Origin: Octopus sinensis
Taxonomy: Eukaryota
Assembly (NCBI RefSeq): GCF_006345805.1
Contig: NC_043001.1
Span: forward strand, 93,372,001 to 93,436,000
Direction of reading: 5' to 3'
Length of the DNA stretch: 64,000 nt
Made by a program: the position numbers and the translations under genes. The notes below the pieces were generated by a model that made no database searches, was not told the origin of the DNA, and saw nothing but the letters and a program-made list of their open reading frames with translations. Below, piece after piece: positions 10,618 to 24,391 of this stretch (position 1 is its first letter; every line of letters begins with the position of its first letter).

Positions 10618-12216
10618 TGAATTTTCTGCTGCTTAAAATAAAGTATTATTATATATATATATATAGTGTGTGTGTGTGTGTGTGTGTGTGTGTCTGTGCG
10701 TGAGTGTGTGTGAGTCTGTGTGTGTGTGAGTCTGTGTGTGTGTGAGTCTGTGTGTGTAAGTGTATATACATATATATATATATATATATAGGTAAATATG
10801 TTTGTGTGTGTGTATTGACGCTCGCATGCAGACAGGCATACACGCTTGTGTGTCTGATTGCGTCAGTATGTTTGTACATATGTCTGTACTTTAATTTGGT
10901 TCGCTGTGTTTCTGTCTTGAGCAATAAATCAATGAATTACACTTTAGAGTAAAGTGAATATAACATTACATGAAATATAAAAAATATATTCCTATGAATT
11001 ATAAGACAACGACATACATCTAAATGTCTACGGTAGGAATACTGAAATAAATAAGAGCTAGCATAATAATCAAAATTGGTGGCAATCAACACAAATTTTA
11101 TAGGACTTCATTGATAATTTACACAGAAAATGCTGTATGGAGTGCGTTCAAAATGTCTATGATTTTCAGTATAGTTAAGTTATTAGTGTTACCTTTCTAG
11201 AATGTTATTTTTAGATTTGAAGGCTATCTAAACTGATTTGTTTGTTCACAGAATGCATGGGTAATTTCTGTTACATATTTGTAGTTCCGGTTACATATTT
11301 AAAACCCTATTTTGCTTGTAGGACAATTCTGACGATGTATGCAAATGCACCTCTGAAACCTGATATGTTATGCCAATGAACGGCTTTATTCGCTGTCGTT
11401 CGACAGGAGTATGTTAAAGGAGGAGCGAATATACTAGTATTTTTTCCCTTTAAGATGACCAGTTTGATATTCATCAAATTACATCCCATTATTTTATTAT
11501 TATCTATAAATATATCACATCAGTTTATTACCATGACACCTTTATTGTTTCTTGGTGATTTATAACCTCCAATTTAATCTCGATCAAGAACGATATTGGA
11601 TCTTTTTTACCAAATGTGTGCTATAGGATGATGTATATTGTGTGTTATATGATGATCTATATTGTGTATTTATATGTATATATCGTTTGTGTCCCATTAT
11701 AGTGCAAGTGTAGGAAAGTAGGGCACAAAGAAAAGAAAAATAATTCCAAGAAGTTTGTGAGATTTAAAGTCATAGTTGGAAAAGTGAGCTTGTTTGAGGA
11801 TTGCTAAGAACAGAAAAGTGAAAGAGGAAAGAATTAAGTGAAGACAGAGATAGAAGGAAATACAAATGACATGAGGGAATACAGGCTTATAAACTCAGAC
11901 ATATACATATTTTCACACATATGCACACATAGTAAATTTCGTTGTAAATGTATGCATACATACATGCATATATACATGAATAGATACATATATATGTATA
12001 AGATGGGTATTAATATGTATAGATCCACACATTAGGACCTACAAAAAGCAGAACTTAACACCAGCTCTTGGTGGTCCAAGACAGATATGCAATCGATGTG
12101 GGAGTCTTTTCAATACAATGTCGAGTTGAAAAAGCCACACCAGACGCCATAAGATGAACGGTGCAAACACAGGAGGTGGTCAGACTCTGCATAATGAGTA
12201 GAGAACATCATAATAT

Positions 12217-12278
<62 letters not shown>

Positions 12279-12421
12279 ATATATATAGTGTGTATGTATA
12301 TGTATATATGTATATATATATATATGTATACATATATATTATGTACACAGACACACACACACACTCATATATAAGTTTGTATGTATACATATGTGTATAT
12401 CTATTTATCTGACTTTTTGTC

Positions 12422-13513
12422 TACAGAGGTTAAACAAAATAATAGAAGCAGCACTTATTATTTAACTATTTTTTCTATTAGCAAACTGACAGATTTAAAA
12501 CTCTTCTTGTCTTTGTAAATCTGTTTGTGATATGTTCATGATATATTTCATGATATAGCTCTTATGTTTATGATTAATTTAGAATGCGTCGCCCTTCTAA
12601 TTTCTATAAAAGTCAACACGTTGTGGTGCAGATGGTTAAAGCTTCAGTCAGTTGACTCTGGGAGGCAGAATTTCAGACGGAGGCAAATCTCACTGAGAAG
12701 GATCGCAAGTCAATGAAACGTATTGTGCATAAAAAATATCGAATTACGGCACCAAAACTAACAGCAGAACAAAACCATCACCTTGCCAATCCTGAATCAT
12801 TCAAAGTCGTTCCCAGTGAGCCCTGTTATGTTGGATACAATGAAAAGGGACCAACTACTAAATCTTTCACGTCTTCCATCGACATTAATAAACTGAAAAA
12901 TGGCGTCTCAATTACCAAAAGTGATCTGCGCCGCAATGGGACTTTTCTGATGAATCCTCATTCATCCTTTTTCTCACTTTAAGTTGATTTTATGTCCCGA
13001 GACAGACGAAAGAAAATTTCAAACTTGATTATTTGGCTGCTATCGAGAGGCATGGAGGTGGATCTGTGATGATTCGGGCAACCATATCACAAGATTCTTT
13101 CAACCCTTAAGGTGTTCTATATGGCAAAGTTAACGTCAAGTACTTTTTTTATGAACATCTATCCTATGTTACCAACATTTTTCCTGGTGGAAGAGCAATA
13201 TTGTAGGATGATAATGCACCAAATTACATGGTTAATGTTATTTAAATTTAGTATGAAGAGCACAAAATTGAAGTAGACCACATATATTGTCGCGCACAGT
13301 CAACCGATCTCAATATAATCTAACATTTATGATGCATTGGGGAGCAGCAAGTAAGAAGCCGCATCCATTCACTATCGTCCTTGTATGAAATAGTTTTTAC
13401 GTAAAGATTTACAAAAATTCCCCTAACAAATGTTCAGAACCTGTACAAATCAATTTCTCCATATATTGGTTTCTGTTTCAATAGGTGATTCGATATTTTA
13501 TCTAGCCTATGTA
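12422..13513 (+). mobile_element. Tc1-family DNA transposon, decayed, with both TIRs and TA target duplication
   Basis: Left end TA-CAGAGGTTAAACAAAATAATAGAAGCA; right end reverse complement TA-CATAGGCTAGATAAAATATCGAATCA. Internal frameshifted transposase relic: LTEKDRKSMKRIV, FSDESSF, RHGGGSVMI, *DDNAP, QSTDLNII*, IPLTNVQNLYKSI. Confidence 0.9.
12584..13460 (+). pseudogene. Tc1 (DD34E-type) transposase pseudogene
   Basis: Catalytic motifs at about 12949 (SDES), 13207 (DDNAP) and 13306 (DLNII). The catalytic Glu position is TAA (13321-13323). Multiple stops, frameshifts and internal deletions. Confidence 0.85.
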
Positions 13514-13758
13514 TGTGCGTATGCATGTATGTATGTATGTATGTATGTATGTATGTATGTATGTATGTATGTATGTATGTTTGTATTATGTATGTATGTA
13601 TGTGTGTGTGTGTATGTATGTATGTTTGTATGCCTGTATGTCTGTCTATTCCCCTACAGACAACAAAAGCTTCTACAGTAGTAATAGTAGTCGTATAATA
13701 ATAGAAACAAATGATGGTGATGATAATGATAATGATGATGATGATGATGATAATAATG

Positions 13759-13822
<64 letters not shown>

Positions 13823-13835
13823 TAACAATAATAAT
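13510..13835. repeat. (TATG)n followed by (GAT)n/(AAT)n microsatellites
   Basis: Directly visible. Confidence 0.9.
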
Positions 13836-13931
13836 GGTAAAGTTACAGACCTTAAATGTTCGTGAATTGAAAATAAGAATGTTTATATATATTCTAGTCA
13901 AGGTCTTCTATCCACCGAGACAAAACTAAAG

Positions 13932-13996
<65 letters not shown>

Positions 13997-14481
13997 GTGT
14001 GTGTGTGTGTGTGTGTGTGTATGAACCGAACAAAAACGCATTTCAAGGCAAATCAATGAGAAAGAGAAATAAAAGAAAAACATGATGAAAAGGCCCCCAC
14101 AACGCAACCAAAATAATGCTGGTAAAGCACATTTTTTAATGTACCTATTATTCCAAGTCACGAATATATTACGTTTAAGCTGGGCATAAACAATCTCTCC
14201 TCTCCTTTTTTTTCCACTTGTCTTATTTTTATATACACCAATAGCTTAAAAGCAATGAAAACCGGATGAAGAGACCAAAAACCGCTGTTTTACTCGAAAG
14301 ATAAACCTTACATACACACACACCCACACACATACACACACACAAACACACACACACACACACATACACACTGACACACACATAATCAAATGGACAGCCA
14401 TTTATATTGATAGAATTTAATGAATTTCTTCTGCTGTTTTTCTCTAAAATCGATAAATCCGAGACTTGATTTTACTTATTG

Positions 14482-14513
<32 letters not shown>

Positions 14514-15964
14514 TGTATGTATGTATGTATGTATGTATGTATGTATGTATTGTATGTTATGTATGTAATGTATGTATGTATGTATATGTATGTGTATGTA
14601 TGCATGCACGTACGCATGCTGTAGCATCTACGTAATATGTTAAACTCTTTGCCTTGTAAAATAATGAAAGATGCGATGAAATCGGTGAACACGACAGCAT
14701 AGTCAGTTTTGGACAAATAATAAACTTAACTCAAGTATTGAGTTCTCATTCATAAGTTTGTGCATCTGAATAAAAACATTAATTTCTCTTTTCACTAGCG
14801 CAGACACATAAATTTTAATATCAGAGTGAAGATTAGTTCCATTGCCATCAAGAATCTCACGCTGGTGGGTACACATGATCATATTCACATGCTATTTGGA
14901 TTCATGGTCGATTCATGTTGATCCAACTGTGTTGTGTGTTGCAGTATTAGGTAAATAATAAATATATTTATTCTCAAATTGGAGTGAGCACCTACTTCAT
15001 GAGGCTTGTTCGATCTGTTGGCAGTGGATTTTCGTGTGTTTGGAAGCCTTCCACACGGAAATCTTTCCGATGCTGAAAACTATATGATATCCCTCATATC
15101 TGGTGAACTAATCTCCAGCGATTTTGATATTTGGAACTTTGTAGACAAGCATGGTCATTAGTTTTGCCATGTATTCATGGAGTGGCCTCGTCTATTATGC
15201 CCCTGTTATTAGAATGCATTACAGTCTATGTTCATGTGAATTGTGGCAAGGAACTGAAGTTTCCTTGTCCGTACTTCTGAATGAATGCTTATGCTAATAA
15301 TAACTGTTTTTCAAAGCGTTAGCTGTGATTCTCGTGACTCAATATCGTTACTAGGACGTAAAGGATAACTTATACATGACTGATTTTGAAAGACAATATC
15401 ACCTGAGAGTAATGGCATGAGAATTTGAAATTTAACTGACGCAGTAGGATGTGAGTGACTTGTCAACTCTGCTTTTGCTTGTAGTGCATGATTTGGGAAC
15501 AATGTTATTTCGGCAAGAATGGCTGATCATTACCTCATTTGCCTATGGTAATTGTTTGCCAGTGGGACTTAACATAATAAATAGCGAAAATTAGTTATAT
15601 TCATTGATAAAGTAATAGTAAATTGTAGATTTAATCATGTTACTGTCTGTTTCTTGCTTCACATATGGTTTGTCAGTATATGGGTAATGCTAATTTCGTA
15701 TAAAATCTCCTTCATGTAGGTTGCTTCCATTTTTATAATATCTAGCCTGAGGCTATCTAGAAAACACTTGACTTAACCTGCAAGATGCGTATTTATGACT
15801 GATACACAAACACACACACACACGCATATTCATGCATAATACAGACATATACACCAATTTATACATATATATACACACGTATATATATAAATATAACAAT
15901 TTGCAACCAATTGATAATTACTAACACACACAAGCACACACGCAAACACACACACAAGCATGCA

Positions 15965-15998
<34 letters not shown>

Positions 15999-16241
15999 AA
16001 TATGTATATGTATATATATATTTGTGTGTGTGTGTATTAGTTATTACCAATTAGCCGCAAGTATTTATGTTTTAAAACAAAATACGTGAACATCCTAAAA
16101 CCCTGTCTAAATCTCTATGCGCCGTTATCTCTGTACAAGCTACTAAATCACCAATACCTAAATAAATTTATACTCGATGCAATATACGTACAGAGAACAT
16201 TTTCTTTGAAGTTTGGACATCTTTATGCATAATTATACATA

Positions 16242-16281
<40 letters not shown>

Positions 16282-16328
16282 GTGTGTGTTGTGAGTTTGC
16301 GTTTGTGCGTTTATTGATATATCGATAT

Positions 16329-16381
<53 letters not shown>

Positions 16382-17072
16382 GCAGCCATACATATCATGT
16401 ATCGAGTGGCGAGGCCAGATACATAACATCACCGAAGTAAAAAAAATGCCTTGTGACGTCCTTTTGAGGTATTTTTATGGCTTGTTATCAAACCGTTCTA
16501 CGACCAAACCAGCTTCTCCACGATGTTAATAAAATCACCATCAAAATATAGTGATTGATATAATGGACTAAAACCGTTACCGGCTGTGCCCCAGCATAGC
16601 CATAATCCAATGACTTGAACTCGTAACAACATTACAGCAACAACAATAATAATAATAATATCAATTTGTGACGCGTTTGTATATAATTGTGAGTAGGTGT
16701 ATATATATATATATATATATCTTTAGCTGTTAGTATGCATATGTCATGATTTGTATTTTGTTTCATCTATATTATTGAAATGTAAGCGATTGGCAGCAAA
16801 ATGAAAAGAAATGTATATGACACAAGTTGAATCGGTAATAAGAGATAGCTAAATTGATATATGGATAAGCCCATATACAAAATTGATGCGCACGTGTATG
16901 TATGACAACTCCAGATACATACAGGCGCTTATACGACTATATATGTTTATGAGTGCGCGTGTGTGCGCGAAGGTATGCATTCATATGAACACACACATAC
17001 ACACACATATATATAGATATGCATGTATATAAATATTTCTGCCTGTTTGCTTGAATATCTTTCTACCTAGTG

Positions 17073-17074
<2 letters not shown>

Positions 17075-17134
<60 letters not shown>

Positions 17135-17245
17135 ATATCTATCTATCTATCTATCTATATATCTATCTATCTATCTATCTACCTACCTACCTACCTACCT
17201 ATCTACCTACTTACCTACCTATCTATCTATCTACCTATCTATCTA
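17075..17245. repeat. (TATC)n/(TACC)n array
   Basis: Directly visible. Confidence 0.92.
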
Positions 17246-17265
17246 TACATAACTATATAAATACG

Positions 17266-17297
<32 letters not shown>

Positions 17298-17350
17298 CTT
17301 ATGATATAAATACACACAATATAGGTATATATATATAGATATATATATAT

Positions 17351-17385
<35 letters not shown>

Positions 17386-17824
17386 TTGTATATGCAAACA
17401 CATACACACACTTATATTAAGACAATCACAGAGACAGGGAGGAGAGAGCGCGGTAAACAACAAACACAGATGGGAGAGGGGGGAGCAAAATTGGGTGAGA
17501 TTCATGTATTTTGCCTATGTTCGCTGATACTCATAAATCGATAGGAAAGGTTTCTTTTCAATCATTCCGAATTATACGTTCAGATTATTGGATTACCGTA
17601 TATGGAAATGAGTCGGACTGAGACATCAAGCTGCTAACGTCAATCAGCTAGTCTCTTTCCGGTTCAGAAAAGGAATATATTAGAAGTCGGGGTTTTCTTA
17701 AAACACAGATATTTTCTACTTGAAGTGAAAGGTATAGGTAAACCTGTGTGTGCTTTTTTTGTTTTAAAATATTTTGTGTTATTTTATCTGTATGTCTCAC
17801 TACTTGCACGAATATGTATTTTGT

Positions 17825-17834
17825 GCATGTATAT

Positions 17835-17902
<68 letters not shown>

Positions 17903-18030
17903 CATGTATATATTTATATACGTATATATATATATATATAATATATATATACACATATGTACATATAAATTATTATATGTATATGAATTTTATATATGCA
18001 TATATGTACACAGACACACACACACACGAT

Positions 18031-18121
<91 letters not shown>

Positions 18122-18303
18122 CAATATATATACATGTACAAATATATATATGCATATCTTCAACAAATAAATACATGCATATATATATGCGTATATATGT
18201 CTATAATATGTGTGCAGTAATATACACACAAACACTCTCTCACATATATACACGCATACATACATTCACACTCACACACATATAAATATAATATAATATA
18301 TAT

Positions 18304-18338
<35 letters not shown>

Positions 18339-18340
18339 GG
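17825..18340. repeat. Compound (TA)n/(CA)n array
   Basis: Directly visible. Confidence 0.9.
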
Positions 18341-19187
18341 AGTTGGTATATAAACATATATAAGTGTTAATATCTGAACAGTCCTGTGTTTAGGCGGACA
18401 AGTGAATCTATATCGCTATGTATGAGGAAGATAGAAAGAAGGAACGCCATTTAATATCATAATTTTTTTTCTTTCCTCTCCTTTCTGTGAATTCATTTGG
18501 GTGTATATTGCGCAGATCAAAGTGGTCACATCAATCAGAGTGCACATTTAGCAATTATCGATCTCTCAGTTCACGTACACATCTCTACGTACCTAAGCAA
18601 GAAGCACATACATAGACACACACCACGCCTCACATAAACACGTATAGACACACGCAGACACCCACAGACATGCGCAGACTCTAGCACACACACACACACA
18701 CACACGCACACACATGCAGACACAAACACAGACACACCTATATTGATATGTACATGTACATACGTCAATACACACATATATAAATGTGCACACACACATA
18801 CACATATATGTATGTATGTATATATATATGTGTGTGTGTGTGTATATACATATATATATATATATTTATATGTATATATGTATATATTTCCATGCACTTA
18901 TATATACGTATGTGTATTAGTCTGTTTGTGTGTGTGCGCATGTGTGAGTGTAAGTGCGTGTGCATGTATGTGTGTGAGTGTGTGTATATGTGTATATATA
19001 GTTAGTAACGGGCCCACACTTTTATGAAACCAATATAGACAACTCTGAGCAGCGACTCAAACAGCGACTCACCTTCGAACAACTAATATTATCTTTCTGT
19101 CCTTCTCTTTCACAATATGCGTATGTGGTCATACACACACACACACAATACACATATATATATGCGCGTGTGTATGTACATATATAC

Positions 19188-19251
<64 letters not shown>

Positions 19252-19448
19252 CTGTGAAGATATGTATATATTATATGTATGTATATATATACACATATAT
19301 GTATATATATATATTATATATATATATATATTGGAGGGGATAGAGGAAAAAGAGAATGAGGGAAAATTAGAGAAACAGAAATCTCGATGAGTGAAAATAC
19401 TAATAATATATATATATATTATATATATATATATAATATATCTATATT

Positions 19449-19484
<36 letters not shown>

Positions 19485-20454
19485 TCATCTGCATAGTGCC
19501 CTCACGTATAACGCATGATAAATGCCGCCATACGTATATTCTATTTAGAGTTTCCTCGTTTTATCAGGTTTGTCCAACCATGTTCAATGGTCGCAATTTC
19601 GCTGGAAAATTAACGACACATTCTCGAAAAAGAGAAAAAGTCGTGCAATGGGCAAAATTACAGAAAATTCGAGAATAGCACATTTTTGTCAATTGTTTTT
19701 AAACCAAAAGTGCATATAGGCTATATAATTCACTATAATTGCCTCAAGTCTCCACTAGAATGTCTCTTCGTTGCGCCTATATTTACCACCAAATAAGCAT
19801 TGCTTTGATGTTTATGTCTTGGGAAACATATGCCAACTTCGATTTGCCCTAAATAGACTAGTGTCATTAGTCCATATAGTTATAACCAGTAATATTGTGC
19901 TCTTAACATCTCCTGTCTCTAATTGAACAGCGATTTAACATTTCTGTATTTTTATTTGATACTATGCGCTCAATATTCTTTACACTCGCAGTAAGTGATT
20001 TTCCTTTTCATCCACATGCATAACGTATTTATCTGGGAAAATTATTTTTAATAATCGACACTTTTCATATTTCAGTAACAGGAAAATGTATCCTCGTATA
20101 CGCTGCGAATTCTTAGAAACGCGACTTTTTGTTTTCAGGGAATCTATCTAATTTCCGGCTATTTAGAAATGTTATTTAAAGAAAGCTTTGTCAGGTTTTT
20201 CGTTTGATCTGATTTATATATTGATGGAAATTCTGCATTAACTTAATCCATTTCTTCAAAGGTAAATGTTTCTATGTTCCTATCTGAATCAGTATTGTGA
20301 ATTTAGTTACAGTTCCTTCTTCCTTTTGAGCTAAGTTTCAAACACATGTAAATTGTGTTTTAAACGCTGGAATATTTTGAAAGTGAATTATAACTAATAC
20401 ATATATACATTCATGTATACATACATACATACATACATACATACACACACACAC

Positions 20455-20501
<47 letters not shown>

Positions 20502-20505
<4 letters not shown>

Positions 20506-20753
20506 CGTCACCGTGACCGACCAGGCTATCAGATGTTTTTTCACATCGCTCGTCACAATGCGTTTCGCATTGTTTTAGCCTTCAAATGACGCCACCCCGC
20601 TGGCTAAGCGAGCAGGCCAACAGAAGAAAGAGTGAGAGAAGGTTCTGGCGAAAGAGTACTGCAGGGATCGCCACCACCCCCTGCCAGAGCCTCGTGGAGC
20701 TTTAGGTGTTTTCGCTCAATAAACACTCACAACGCCCGGTCTGAGAATAGAAA

Positions 20754-20755
<2 letters not shown>
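20502..20755 (-). mobile_element. tRNA-derived SINE (family D), head truncated
   Basis: Minus strand starts at a B-box-like GGTTTCTATTCTC followed by AGACCGGGCGTTGTGAGTG. GC-rich body, short (GGTGAC)n-like 3' end, embedded between (TA)n runs. Single copy here; recognised from memory as an octopus repeat. Confidence 0.55.
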
Positions 20756-20799
<44 letters not shown>

Positions 20800-21088
20800 G
20801 GCATATGTCTATGGATGTAGCTAAACCTAAAATCTGCAGGAACAAACATTTTTTATACCCAATATTTTCTTGGGAAGTTTTACTGATCCGTCTCATTCTA
20901 CTTCCATAGATATTGTATGAAAATAAAATGTATTTAAAGTTGCTATAAGAAATAGTTTTAGCTAAAATTTGCAGATATATTAGTGTGGCAAAATATACCG
21001 CAGTAGAAAAAGTTGGGCAAGAAAGGAAGACCATAGCCTTAGTAATAGCAGCTGAGGTTATCCCAATCACGTCTCGTTCGACCGTATA

Positions 21089-21959
21089 TACAAGGTCTGA
21101 TCAATAAGTATCTGGACTGTTGCCCATAGTAACGAAGCTACAGCACGTAGAGTAAAGCAACTTGTCAAAGATTGACCTTCATCTCTGTTGTGCATGTGCA
21201 TTAAGTTTCAACGCTCTAATTTAATTCCGCTGTTTACAGCAGTGCTTGGAAGGAAGGTGTACAGCGTGTGATCGTCGCATTGACCATGACAAAGTTGTCA
21301 TGGCGATATCTGCTCGGAGGCCAACGCAAAGATGCAGAACGTGTATGGAGACAAGTGTATGAGCCGCGAACAAGTGTACGCGTGATTCAGAAGTCGCCAA
21401 GACGGCCGTTCTGGGAGACTCGCAACCAGCAGAACTGAGAAAAACATCACAGATGTGCGTGCAGCTGTGAGAAGAAATCGTCGAATCATTATCCGTGAGG
21501 TATCAGAGGACATGCAGATTAGTTACGAATCAGTTTAGTCCATTATGACTGAAGAGTTGGGTACGAGACGCGTGTCTGTCACATATGTGCCAAAGCTGCT
21601 TTCAGCTAACCAGAAAGTCACTCGAGTTTCATTTGCATAAGATCTCCTTGATTGTGTCGTGAAAGATGAAAACCTTTTCAAAATATTGCGTAGACCTCTG
21701 AGTAGGTATCGTCAAGCTTTTGACAAAATTTGATGCAGATTCTCTGCTCAGCTTTCTCTGTCATGGCCATGCGACGATCTCACGCTACATATGTTCCTTC
21801 CAAGCCCTGCTGTAAATAGCGGAAGTAAGCTAGAACGTTAAGACTTAGTGCTCATGCACAATGGAGTTCTATGTCAATCTCTGACAAACAGCTTCACTCT
21901 GCGTATCTTAGCTTCGTTACTCTGGCAATAATGTACATACTTATTGATTGAACCAGTTA
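21089..21959. mobile_element. Mariner-derived fold-back element made of two inward-facing 5' ends
   Basis: Left TACAAGGTCTGATCAATAAGTAT... aligns with the reverse complement of about 21760-21959 over about 200 bp. Plus strand encodes VYGDKCMSREQVYA*F...RSGR...ENI-like...RRIIIREV...YVPKLLSANQK (WVP-LL-like). Minus strand from 21764 encodes MTEKAEQRICIKFCQKLDDTYSEVYA. Confidence 0.88.
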
Positions 21960-22389
21960 CAGGCCGTGTTTCTCCTCTCGATTAAAAATAACGTGGTGTT
22001 AGACAACGATACCAAATAGCAGATTATTGCCAAACATGAAACAGAAAATGCACTTTGACTTCGACAACAGACCATAAAACTCATTTACATTATTCAGACT
22101 ACTAACAGAACCAGTAAGTCCTTCGACTCTATCCTTGCCATCCGTATGAAAAAATGCTAAACGTTTCAGTTAGAAGCAATACACAACACGGACTAGAGCA
22201 CTGCCTTCCAAATTATCGAATCTATGTAAGAGCAGTACTAAAATCTGTATGTTCTAAATGTACCTCAAAGACTTTCCTTTATCCTTTTAAGAATTGTATT
22301 TAGCTGCTGTTTCTCAAATTCACACACCTAGATGACATAACAATCATTTCGCACCAATCCACAAAAGTAGATACAACCTTGCATTAACT

Positions 22390-22803
22390 TATTTCTTTAC
22401 TACCCACAAGGGGCTAAACACAGAGAGGACAAACAAGGACAGACAAACGGATTAAGTCGATTATATCGACCCCAGTGCGTGACTGCTACTTATTTAATCG
22501 ACCCCGAAAGTATGAAAGGCAAAGTCGACCTCGGTGAAATTCGAACTCAGAACGTACGGCAGAGGAAATACCTATTTCTTTACTATCCACAAGGGGCTAA
22601 ACACAGGGAGGACAAACAAGGACTGAATAACGGATAAACTCGATTATATCGACTCCAGTGCGTAACTGGTACTTATTTAATCGACCCCGAAAGTATGAAA
22701 GGCAAAGTCGACCTCAGCGGAATTTGAACTCAGAACGTAGCGGCAGACGAAATACTGCTAAGCATTTCGCCCGGTGTGCTAACGTTTCTGCCAGCTCGCT
22801 GCC
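22390..22803 (-). mobile_element. SINE family B tandem dimer (full copy 22573-22803 plus 5'-truncated copy 22390-22572)
   Basis: Two head-to-tail reverse-complement matches to 4191-4421, joined at GTAAAGAAATA-GGTATTTC. Confidence 0.9.
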
Positions 22804-23607
22804 TTGCACTAACCATCTCTGAAACAGCAAACTTAAAGCAGCTCCTAGGAAGTAGACCATCACACCTCATACCAGTAACGCCAGAGAACCTGATTTGAAG
22901 TAAACCATCATACTGAGTATTATAAATAGGATGCACACATCGAAGACAGACATGTTTTACATATATACTTCTTTCAGTTTCGATTGCTTTTGTAGAGAAA
23001 AAAGCAGACCAATGCACAAATACTTAGATTTCACAGAAGCACAGCATGCAGTTAGCACAAACAAATGAAAAAGTCATTAAGTAAAAAGAAAAACAGTCGA
23101 TAAATATGTTTTTCGATTCATCATGTTTCGTAGCAGTCCTGGCTGAGCCTCTAGGCTTTCACATTTAATCATAACAAGCTAAGAAAGAACAACAATTATA
23201 TCGTACTTTGTTCCATCATGGGCTATACGCAGATTGCACGCATACATCACCAGCATAAAGGAAAATAAAAATAAAACAACAAAACCAAGCATAAAACCAA
23301 AGCTGTATCAACGTACGTATGACATTTTTTTCTCACAATTACTTCTGCTACATTTTCAATCACCCAAAGCAAAAATGATTTTTCGAAAAGAATAAACGAT
23401 TTCTATTAATCCTACCATTCATTCAGTCCAGACAAACTGAAAATACTTAGTACACATGAAATTAACAGCATTAATAGCATCCATATACCATATTGAAATA
23501 CCAAGCAGCAAAGATGAATGCAAAGGAGCAGCAGCTACTGACTTTGGCTGGGATTCAGCTGCCATCTGTCGTGGCCGCCATAATACACAGACACACACGC
23601 GCGCGCG

Positions 23608-23656
<49 letters not shown>

Positions 23657-24033
23657 GCACACACACACACACACACGCACATATATGTATTATTTGATAA
23701 AGAGAAAATATGTTTTTATGTGGTATCATTAGTTTCATGCGATGGGAGTATGCCAGACAGTACTTTTTAACATTTATGGTGCCTCAGCTCAATCTCCGGA
23801 CATTGCCCACATAGCTTAACAAGAAGCAAATAGCTATTTTTAGCTTGTTATACTATGTAAGTAGCATCTGAAGATTGCACTGATACACCAAACGTGTTTA
23901 AAAGTGCTTTTGGCATGTTCTCATCGCATGAAACCAATAATAGCACATAAAAAATATTTCATGTTTATTAAATAAAATTTGCCTCTCACCAGACGGAGGA
24001 AATTTTTTGTTGACCTTACCATTAGGGAATAGT

Positions 24034-24034
<1 letters not shown>

Positions 24035-24097
<63 letters not shown>
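24035..24097. repeat. Pure (TA)n microsatellite
   Basis: Directly visible. Confidence 0.95.
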
Positions 24098-24099
<2 letters not shown>

Positions 24100-24159
24100 G
24101 TTTATAAATAAATAAATAAAAAGAGAAAAGAACAATATGTCACGAATAGTATTCTGCTG

Positions 24160-24391
24160 CAGTGGTTCTCAACCGGGGTCCATTTAGGTCTTGGGGGTTC
24201 TTATATATGATTTTGTTGTTAAAACGTATGTGCAATGTATGGGTTATACTTCTACAGTACAAAAAATACTTGAATCTTGTTAATACGATTCCAAATAATA
24301 TTTATTTTTTAAAACATCGAATGGTTATGTAGGTTTATTAGAGTAAAAATAAATCGAAGGAGTCCCGAGCAAAAAGGGTTGAGAAACGCTG
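24160..24391. mobile_element. hAT-Charlie-type MITE
   Basis: TIRs CAGTGGTTCTCAACC and GGTTGAGAAACGCTG (reverse complement CAGCGTTTCTCAACC). AT-rich interior; no clear 8-bp TSD left. Confidence 0.75.

Larger units (their letters stand above)
10474..10650. repeat. Near-perfect long inverted repeat (about 80-bp arms, 7-nt loop)
   Basis: 10481-10558 is the reverse complement of 10566-10643 apart from two 1-nt indels; the loop is CATTCTA. Confidence 0.95.

Noticed and set aside
14268-14312. Hammerhead-like CGGATGAAGAG...CTCGAAAGATA
   Set aside because: U4 is altered and neither helix I nor helix III pairs.
14680-15320. Possible Tc1/mariner relic or MITE (GGTGCTCACTCCAA end; SSPD-like peptide)
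   Set aside because: The TIR match is only about 9 of 13 and the peptide similarity is too weak to support.
19540-19575. Minus-strand CTGATAAAACGAGGAAACTCTAAATA resembling the 10.5-kb hammerhead
   Set aside because: G8 is lost, helices do not pair and the flanks show no homology.
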